A stretch of DNA of 39,149 nucleotides from Nemertoderma westbladi (lineage: Eukaryota > Animalia > Xenacoelomorpha). Positions 12,092 to 20,047 of this stretch are shown one piece after another (position 1 is the stretch's first letter; the number at the start of each line of letters is the position of its first letter). The notes under the pieces were generated by a model. It was not told the origin of the DNA. It worked only from the letters and a program-made list of their open reading frames with translations, and searched no databases. The position numbers and the translations under genes are program-made. The stretch lies in NCBI GenBank assembly GCA_032718475.1, contig JAUCBJ010003793.1, positions 1-39,149 of the forward strand, in the 5' to 3' direction.

Positions 12092-14960
12092 GTTAGTAGC
12101 TTGGCTGAGGATCTCTCTAAGGTTGGTAGCTTCCCTGGGGATCTCTCTAAGGTTGGTAGCTTCACTGGGGATCTCTCTAAGGTTGGTAGCTTCACTGGGG
12201 ATCTCTCTGAGGTTGGTAGCTTCCCTGGGGATCTCTCTAAGGTTGGTAGCTTCCCTGGGGATCTCTCTAAGGTTGGTAGCTTCACTGGGGATCTCTCTAA
12301 GGTTGGTAGCTCCCCTGTGGATCTATCTAAGGTTGGTAGCTTCCCTGGGGATCTCTCTAAGGTTGGTAGCTTCCCTGGGGATCTCTCTAAGGTTGGTAGC
12401 TTCACTGGGGATCTCTCTAAGGTTGGTAGCTTCCCTGGGGATCTATCTAAGGTTGGTAGCTTCCCTGGGGATCTCTAAGGTTGTTAGCTTCACTGGGGAT
12501 CTCTCTAAGGTTGGTAGCTTCCCTGGGGATCTCTCTAAGGTTGGTAGCTTCACTGGGGATCTCTCTAAGGTTGGTAGCTTCCCTGGGGATCTATCTAAGG
12601 TTGGTAGCTTCCCTGGGGATCTCTCTAAGGTTGGTAGCTTCCCTGGGGATCTCTCTAAGGTTGTTAGCTTTACTGGGGATCTCTCTAAGGTTGGTAGCTT
12701 CCCTGGGGATCTCTCTAAGGTTGGTAGCTTCGCTGGGGATCTCTCTAAGGTTGGTAGCTTCACTGGGGATCTCTCTAAGGTTGGTAGCTTCGCTGGGGAT
12801 CTCTCTAAGGTTGGTAGCTTCACTGGGGATCTCTCTAAGGTTGGTAGCTTCGCTGGGGATCTCTCTAAGGTTGGTAGCTTCGCTGGGGATCTCTCTAAGG
12901 TTGTTAGCTTCACTGGGGATCTCTCTAAGGTTGGTAGCTTCCCTGGGGATCTCTCTAAGGTTGGTAGCTTCACTGGGGATCTCTCTAAGGTTGGTAGCTT
13001 CCCTGGGGATCTATCTAAGGTTGGTAGCTTCCCTGGGGATCTCTCTAAGGTTGGTAGCTTCCCTGGGGATCTCTCTAAGGTTGTTAGCTTCACTGGGGAT
13101 CTCTCTAAGGTTGGTAGCTTCCCTGGGGATCTCTCTAAGGTTGGTAGCTTCGCTGGGGATCTCTCTAAGGTTGTTAGCTTCACTGGGGATCTCTCTAAGG
13201 TTGGTAGCTTCACTGGGGATCTCTCTAAGGTTGTTAGCTTCACTGGGGATCTCTCTAAGATTGGTAGCTTCCCTGGGGATCTCTCTAAGGTTGGTAGCTT
13301 CACTGGGGATCTCTCTAAGGTTGGTAGCTTTACTGGGGATCTCTCTAAGGTTGGTAGCTTCACTGGGGATCTCTCTAAGGTTGGTAGCTTGGCTGGGGAT
13401 CTCTCTAAGGTTGGTAGCTTTGCTGGGGATCTCTCTAAGGTTGGTAGCTTCACTGGGGATCTCTCTAACGTTGGTAGCTTGGCTGGGGATCTCTCTAAGG
13501 TTGGTAGCTTCACTGGGGATCTCTCTAAGGTTGGTAGCTTCCCTGGGGATCTCTCTAAGGTTGGTAGCTTCCCTGGGGATCTCTCTAAGGTTGGTAGCTT
13601 CCCTGGGGATCTCTCTAAGGTTGGTAGCTTCCCTGGGGATCTCTCTAAGTTTGGTAGCTTCACAGGGGATCTCTCTAAGGTTGGTAGCTTCCCTGGGGAT
13701 CTCTCTAAGGTTGTTAGCTTCACTGGGGATCTCTCTAAGGTTGGTAGCTTCACTGGGGATCTCTCTAAGGTTGGTAGCGTCACTGGGGATCTCTCTAAGG
13801 TTGGTAGCTTCGCTGGGGATCTCTCTAAGGTTGGTAGCTTCACTGGGGATCTCTCTAACGTTGGTAGCTTCACTGGAGATCTTCTTAAGGTTGGTAGCTT
13901 CCCTGGGGATCTCTCTAAGGTTGGTAGCTTCGCTGGGGATCTCTCTAAGGTTGGTAGCTTCCCTGGGGATCTCTCTAAGGTTGGTAGCTTCACTGGGGAT
14001 CTCTCTAAGGTTGGTAGCTTCACTGGGGATCTCTCTAAGGTTGGTAGCTTGGCTGGGGATCTCTCTAAGGTTGGTAGCTTGGCTGGGGATCTCTCTAAGG
14101 TTGGTAGCTTCACTGGGGATCTCTCTAACGTTGGTAGCTTGGCTGGGGATCTCTCTAAGGTTGGTAGCTTCACTGGGGATCTCTCTAAGGTTGGTAGCTT
14201 CCCTGGGGATCTCTCTAAGGTTGGTAGCTTCCCTGGGGATCTCTGTAAGGTTGGTAGCTTCCCTGGGGATCTCTCTAAGGTTGGTAGCTTCCCTGGGGAT
14301 CTCTCTAAGTTTGGTAGCTTCACAGGGGATCTCTCTAAGGTTGGTAGCTTCCCTGGGGATCTCTCTAAGGTTGTTAGCTTCCCTGGGGATCTCTCTAAGG
14401 TTGGTAGCTTCCCTGGGGATCTCTCTAAGGTTGGTAGCTTCCCTGGGGATCTATCTAAGGTTGGTAGCTTCACTGGGGATCTCTCTAAGGTTGGTAGCTT
14501 CACTGGGGATCTCTCTAAGGTTGGTAGCTTCCCTGGGGATCTCTCTAAGGTTGGTAGCTTCCCTGGGGATCTCTCTGAGGTTGGTAGCTTCACTGGGGAT
14601 CTCTCTAAGGTTGGTAGCTTCACTGGGGATCTCTCTAAGGTTGGTAGCTTCCCTGGGGATCTCTCTAAGGTTGGTAGCTTCGCTGGGGATCTCTCTAAGG
14701 TTGGTAGCTTCCCTGGGGATCTCTCTAAGGTTGGTAGCTTCACTGGGGATCTCTCTAAGGTTGGTAGCTTCACTGGGGATCTCTCTAAGGTTGGTAGCTT
14801 CCCTGGGGATCTCTCTAAGGTTGGTAGCTTCTCTGGGGATCTCTCTGAGGTTGGTAGCTTCACTGGGGATCTCTCTAAGGTTGGTAGCTTGGCTGGGGAT
14901 CTCTCTAAGGTTGGTAGCTTCCCTGGGGATCTCTCTAAGGTTGGTAGCTTCGCTGGGGAT
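12065..14960 (+). repeat. 30-bp minisatellite (GGTAGCTTC[ACG]CTGGGGATCTCTCTAAG|GTT), about 96 copies, first unit lies inside the ODF3 exon
   Basis: Period 30. The first unit is the exon's last 27 nt plus GTT. A 2-bp deletion lies near 12476. Higher-order duplications are offset by 420 bp (12481 vs 12901) and 660 bp (13381 vs 14041). Confidence 0.98.
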
Positions 14961-15490
14961 ATCGTACCGGGGACTAAGTTCATTCGAGCCACAGTGGAAA
15001 GTGTATTTTTATACGGGGGTGAGACCTGGACACTGACTAAATCACTCGAACTACGAATTCATGGTTGCTACACAAGACTACTAAGGGCAGCCCTAAACAT
15101 CAGCTGGAGACAACACATGACAAACGCCGAGCTTTATGGTACAATACCACCTGTATCAACCACCCTCCGTGAACGCGGATTAAGATTCAGTAGGCACTGC
15201 AGGCGAAGTAAAGACGAGGTCATACCAGATCTACTTTTCTGGCAACCAACTCATGGAAGGCGTAGTCGTGGACGACCGGCCATAACATATATAGATCAAC
15301 TTGAAAGGGATACTGAACTTGGGAGAAACGAAATTGCGACAACTATGGAGAATCGGGAAGCCTGGAAGGATCTCATTTCCACTGTCCGAGTTCGGTCGAC
15401 CTAGTAGTAGCTGGAGAATCGGGAAGCCTGGAAGGATCTCCTTTCTACTGTCCGAATTCGCTCGACCTAGTATTATTAATATTATTACGA
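14961..15490 (+). mobile_element. 5'-truncated RTE-clade LINE fragment (C-terminus of the RT ORF plus 3' end)
   Basis: Translation ...ATVESVFLYGGETWTLTK...LNISWRQHMTNAELY...LRFSRHCRR...GRRSRGRP..TYIDQLERD...MENREAWK is the typical RTE C-terminal domain. Stop at 15402-15404, TAGTAGTAG tail, then a second copy of the last ~60 nt (15412-15470) and a TAT-rich tail. Confidence 0.85.
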
Positions 15491-15539
15491 AATATAATTA
15501 CGTTTTATATTTTTTTTAGTTAGTTTAGTGATTATGTGT

Positions 15540-15645
15540 AATATTGTATTTGTAACCAAGTAACATAAAAGACCCCCTTGGAATTAAGCTGCAAAGCTTT
15601 AGAGGTAATCCTATGTTAGGTTTTACAATAATGTATCAATTAAAT
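15540..15645 (+). mobile_element. Probable 3' terminal fragment of an L2/CR1-group LINE or its partner SINE
   Basis: GACCCCCTTGGAATTAAGCTGCAAAGCTTTAGAGGTAATCC resembles the tail of the SINE at ~24893-24935 (GGACCGCACTGGAAATAAGTCGTCAGACTTTGTGCGTAATCC). Confidence 0.4.
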
Positions 15646-16060
15646 CTGTACATGTCTACAAGGTTCACTTCAGGATCTCTATAAGGTTTGTAACTTTGAC
15701 TCGGTTGATGTTCTCTGTAATATGGGCTAAATAATATAGTTAAGGGCTTTAACATTAATAATCGTAATCATTTTACGACTACTGTAGTGTTGTTATATAG
15801 TAATATTTACTGCTCAAAAAATATAGTACCAGTCAAAATAATTTTGTTGTTATTTCTATTTTCAGTATTCGTAGTGTACAATTGTTATTTATATTTTGTG
15901 AATTATTGCGTAATATCGTTTGAATCTACATCTATAATCTTTGAATCTATACTGTCGCTTAAGGAATGTTCAATGTTGATTTTAGTAGACCAGAGTCACT
16001 AGCCTAATTTTCATTGATCATATCCCCCGCTGGTTCTATTTAACCAAATTTATTCAATAG

Positions 16061-16201
16061 ACCCCCGGCCCGGGAGCTTACGGAACATCAGATGCTAACG
16101 TTGTAAAGTACAAGAGCCCGTCGTACAGCATGTTGGGTAGGAACGCGTTGCCAGGTGACGCTACCCGGAAACCAGGACCTGGTGTATACTCACCAGAAAA
16201 G
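16061..16201 (+). CDS. ODF3: ODF3 internal exon: TPGPGAYGTSDANVVKYKSPSYSMLGRNALPGDATRKPGPGVYSPEK
   Basis: Acceptor ttcaatAG at 16059-60, donor AAG|GTAATA at 16202, 141 nt, phase 0 to phase 0. Close match to the ODF3 segment TPGP.AY...D..V.K.KAP.Y.M..R...PGD.T.KPGPG..SPEK. Confidence 0.95.
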
Positions 16202-16470
16202 GTAATATCGACTTTAACTTATATCATAAGGAGCAATAAACATGAAACAAATACAAATTATTTAGCATTACATTGAAAAGTGCCCCTTATGTAACGTTGG
16301 GGGTGGTCTCTTTAGGGGTAGCACTCCACCATAGTCTACACAAAATTACGAATTTATAAAAATCATGTGTCAATATCAGAAAACTGTTTATCACAGTTCT
16401 CTTTTTAGTTTTCGAGCTATTATAATAATTAATTGTATTTGTATTCTGTATATATTTAATTTACCTTTAG

Positions 16471-16560
16471 TGTTCGAACAAAAAGTATCCTGGTGGCATT
16501 TCTATGGGTATTCGTCACTCGCAGTATGTGGCACCACTGATATTAGAAGTGGCTGATTAA
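16471..16560 (+). CDS. ODF3: ODF3 terminal coding exon A: CSNKKYPGGISMGIRHSQYVAPLILEVAD*
   Basis: Acceptor ttacctttAG at 16469-70, phase 0, TAA at 16558-60. Matches the ODF3 C-terminus G.[KR]HS.Y..PL..[DE]V. Confidence 0.9.
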   Translation, partial: CSNKKYPGGISMGIRHSQYVAPLILEVAD

Positions 16561-16570
16561 ATGAGGTTTG

Positions 16571-16980
16571 CTATTCCTGCAATAACCTATTCCTATACAA
16601 TATCTTACTCCTGCAATAACTTACTCCTGCAATATCTTACTCCTGCAATAACTTACTCCTGCAATAACTTACTCCTGCAATAACTTACTCCTGCAATAAC
16701 TTTTTCCTGCAATAACTTACTCTTGCAATAACTTACTCCTGCAATAACTTTTCTGCAATAACTTTTTCTTACAATAACTTATTCTTGCAATAACTTAGTC
16801 TTGCAATAACTTATTCTTGCAATAACCTATTCTTACTTGAGCTTGTTCTTGCAATAACTCAGAGTTGCAATTACTCAGTCTTGCAATAACTTTCAATTAC
16901 CAATTCTTGCAATAACTTATTCCTGCAATGACTTATACTTGCAATAACAAATTCTAGAAATAAACTACTCTTGCAATAAC
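16571..16980. repeat. 16-bp degenerate minisatellite (TTACTCCTGCAATAAC), roughly 25 copies, in the 3' UTR of exon A
   Basis: TGCAATAAC recurs about every 16 nt from just after the stop codon and decays towards 16980. Confidence 0.9.
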
Positions 16981-17387
16981 GTAATCTTGAATGACTCTTC
17001 TTCGAATCGAATACTTGTTAAACCTCTATACACCAGGGTGCTGCACAGGATTTATGGCATAAAATACAATGCTCACTTAACAGACGAGGCATTGTACTAT
17101 CTTGGTAATGATCGACAATCTCCAAAGTTCAGCATCACCCTGCAGCCACTGCAATCACGTAATTCAAGTTTCAGCGACGTAAGTATGCAATAGTGGTTGT
17201 TGTTGGCAAAGCAACTAAAGGGTTATTCTCAAGGCGTTCTAGAACTTCTTAGCACCATAAACAACTAATAAATCTAAAGGAATTTATTATTGTGTTGCTA
17301 AAGTTATTGCCTTGATCGTTGCTAATATGCTGCATTAATTAATATTGTTTTATTCGTTTCTACTTTACGCTGCATTTTCGGATCCAG

Positions 17388-17492
17388 TGCTGTGCTGTTG
17401 GTATGAAATCTATTGGACCCTCATTTGGCCTTCGCCACTCTCAATACACGACGCCGCTAATTATTGACACATATGATTGGTTAGTTTGTTAG
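17388..17492 (+). CDS. ODF3: ODF3 alternative terminal coding exon B: CCAVGMKSIGPSFGLRHSQYTTPLIIDTYD(WLVC*)
   Basis: Pyrimidine tract plus CAG at 17385-87, phase 0, compatible with the PEK| donor. Second copy of the G.RHSQY..PLI.[DE] C-terminal motif. It may instead end at a GTTAGT donor at 17480. Confidence 0.8.
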   Translation, partial: CCAVGMKSIGPSFGLRHSQYTTPLIIDTYDWLVC

Positions 17493-17963
17493 TCGCCAGT
17501 AATTATTGACACATATGATTGGTTAGTTTGTTAGTCGCCAGTAATAATTGACACATATGATTGGTTAGTTTGTTAGTCGCCAGTAATTATTGACATACAC
17601 GATTGGTTAGTTTGTTAGTCGCCAGTAATTATTGACACACATGATTGGTTAGTTTGTTAGTCACCAGTAATTATTGACACACATGATTGGTTAGTTTGTT
17701 AGTCGCCAGTAATTATTGACACATACATATGATTGGTTAGTTTGTTAGTCGCCAGTAATTATTGACACATACGATTGGTTAGTTTGTTAGTCACCAGTAA
17801 TTATTGACACACATGATTGGTTAGTTTGTTAGTCGCCAGTAATTATTGACACATATGATTGGTTAGTTTGTTAGTCGCCAGTAATTATTGACACACATGA
17901 TTGGTTAGTTTGTTAGTCGCCAGTAATTTTAGATACTTATGATTGGTTAGTTTGTTAGTCGCC
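17458..17963 (+). repeat. 42-bp minisatellite (TAATTATTGACACATATGATTG|GTTAGTTTGTTAGTCGCCAG), 12 copies, first unit inside exon B
   Basis: Units start at 17458, 17500, 17542, ... 17924. One unit carries a 4-bp insertion near 17724. Confidence 0.97.
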
Positions 17964-18069
17964 TCTTTTTATTCAGTTTGATGGGAGTTCAATCATATCG
18001 TATAATTTATCTATTTATTGAGTTAATATAATATGGTATAATAATAATAATTATATATTCGAATGTAAA

Positions 18070-18443
18070 TAAAGTAACACTGTATTTCACGCCGCCTCGA
18101 GTGAGAACATTTCCACGAACGAGCGAAGCAAGTGAGTGAAATATGAAACGAGAGCCTTAAAGTGAAATACAGGTACTTTATTTAAACCGAATAGTCGTTT
18201 TAAATACAAGTTTCAATTTTTTGTTAATTAGAAATCGTATATTATACCAGTACTGGTAACAAGCTATGTAGCGTGTGTTATCTGCAACCTACAGGGTGGA
18301 TAAGTAACACGGTAACAACCTACTGTATGTATCTAGTGCTGTCTGCAGATGCGATGAACTTACTGTTAGGCCCACCTAACAAAATACGGTACAATCATAC
18401 TGAAAAAATACTGTTCTATATTTCACGCCGTGATATATAGCAC
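18070..18443 (+). mobile_element. Interspersed repeat family, copy 1 (non-autonomous element, class unresolved)
   Basis: Colinear with 34646-34946. Shared blocks: ACGAACGAGCG..GAGTG.AATA.GAAACGAGAG, TTAATTAGAAATCGTATA, GTGCTGTCTGCA, TACAATCATACTGAAA, ATTTCACGCCGTGATATATAGCAC. Confidence 0.75.
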
Positions 18444-18582
18444 ACCCCATAGCTCATAATTGAGTTTACTTTATTTTATGGCGTATTATACGCCGACTTG
18501 AAAATAAATAAATTGGAGTTGAGCTGTTAATGCAACTGTAATTAATGATGTAAAAATTTATAATGGTTTTGTTCAGAAATGG

Positions 18583-18687
18583 AAAAAATCCGAGAAAGCG
18601 CGTCACCGGGGGTTGAACCAGCGCTATACGCGCGTTTCCGCCTATCGGGACTCCTCAGTAGCGCTAATAGGTTCAGCCACTCTCCCC
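18583..18687 (-). mobile_element. tRNA-derived Pol III element (SINE head or tRNA pseudogene)
   Basis: The reverse complement reads GGGGAGAGTGGCTGAACC (A-box-like) ... GGTTCAACCCC (B-box-like) ... GGATTTTTT (T-run terminator). The acceptor stem does not pair well. Confidence 0.5.
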
Positions 18688-18899
18688 TGACATTCACCTT
18701 TCTATTTATTCCATTTCTACTGATCAAGCAGTCTTAAGTTGCATATCCTATCTCTAACAGCGGACCTACCGGCCTCCATTATGTTAGAGTGAAACAAGAG
18801 GGAAGTACAAATAAATAAACTCGACCTAAAAACGGCTACATTATTAATAAAATTCATTCACCTGGAATTAGTAAGAAATTCACATTCGCGCATACCTTG

Positions 18900-19345
18900 A
18901 ATCAGAAGTCTATCAGCTGTATAAAATATTTAACACACACTAATGCTACCCTATGAAGAATTTCAAGTTTGTAAGTGAGAGGAGTTTAGGCAGTAGGGCC
19001 TAAGCAAACAGTATCAATGGGTGTACTAAGTACAATAATCTTGGCAACCTCATCGATTTATACTAAGCCTGAGTAGAAATCCATTACATAAGCCATTTTT
19101 CATCATGAACACCAGCTGTTATTGGTGTTTTTTACCATTGTGTCCTTGGCACTTTTCGTTTATTTTAGTTTTTGCAAAAACTAATGCCTGTATTTTTCTG
19201 AAAATTGCTTTATACTATACACCCATTTAGACCATAAACTACAGGAGGGTACTAAAAACAACACAATTGACCGGATAGTTTCGGAGCCTTTCGTGTGACA
19301 AACAGAAACAGACAGACGGAGACGATTTTCTTACAGTAAGTAAAT
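18900..19345 (+). mobile_element. Possible non-autonomous Helitron-like interspersed element
   Basis: Contains AATTTCAAGTTTGTAAG...GTTTAGG and ends GTTTCGGAGCC...ACAGACAGACGGA...TTTTCTTACAGTAAG. This layout recalls (CAGA)n-bearing Helitron-like repeats; pattern recall only. Confidence 0.3.
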
Positions 19346-20047
19346 CTGAATGAAGATTTACAAATAAAACGATAGTATTTTTATTTTCCTTAGGTTGTGA
19401 ATGTTGAGTTTCCGAAACTAAAAATGATGTTGCCACTCTATCATGTTCATTACCCTGGTTATCATTTGATGCTGAACTACATGCAGACTGAATTATTTAA
19501 AAAAATATATATATATCTTGGATTCTTATTTGATTCTTATACAGTATAATTATTTATATTGGTATCATAGTTTATTTATTATATGTCTACAGTAACTGTT
19601 TCTACATTTATAAATTATTGTTAATGAATCTTGTAATTGGGACTATATTTATTTGTAAAGACAATAATAGCGTGTAAAGCCAATATTAGCGTTACAAAAC
19701 ATAATTCAATTTGCATTTATATATTTCATACGTCCCTTTAGGCTCCGTAGTTAAAAGAAAATATGTAATTAGTTAAGTACAGTACTATAATATTAAATAT
19801 TAAGATTAGCCATAATACAGTATGGTGTATGTTAGACCCCCAACCTCCAAGGTATAGGACCCCCCCCCCCCCCGTGCAAAGTCGCTGGCCTGGCGTGTTA
19901 AAAGACTAAGCAGGTTAGTAAAGGTTTAGGATTAGGCCTACTAACTTTATCCTGTTCTTGCTCTGAGGGGTCTAAAAAGCATTTAAGGAAGGGGGTTGAT
20001 CCATAGTTCTACACCTCTAGAACAAACCGGATCTTAGAAAGGCCCGA

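Noticed and set aside
11982-15404. 1140-aa, 851-aa and 849-aa ORFs as real repeat proteins
   Set aside because: They are translations of a stop-free 30-bp intronic satellite plus an RTE fragment. The ODF3 exon splices out at 12092 and resumes in phase at 16061.
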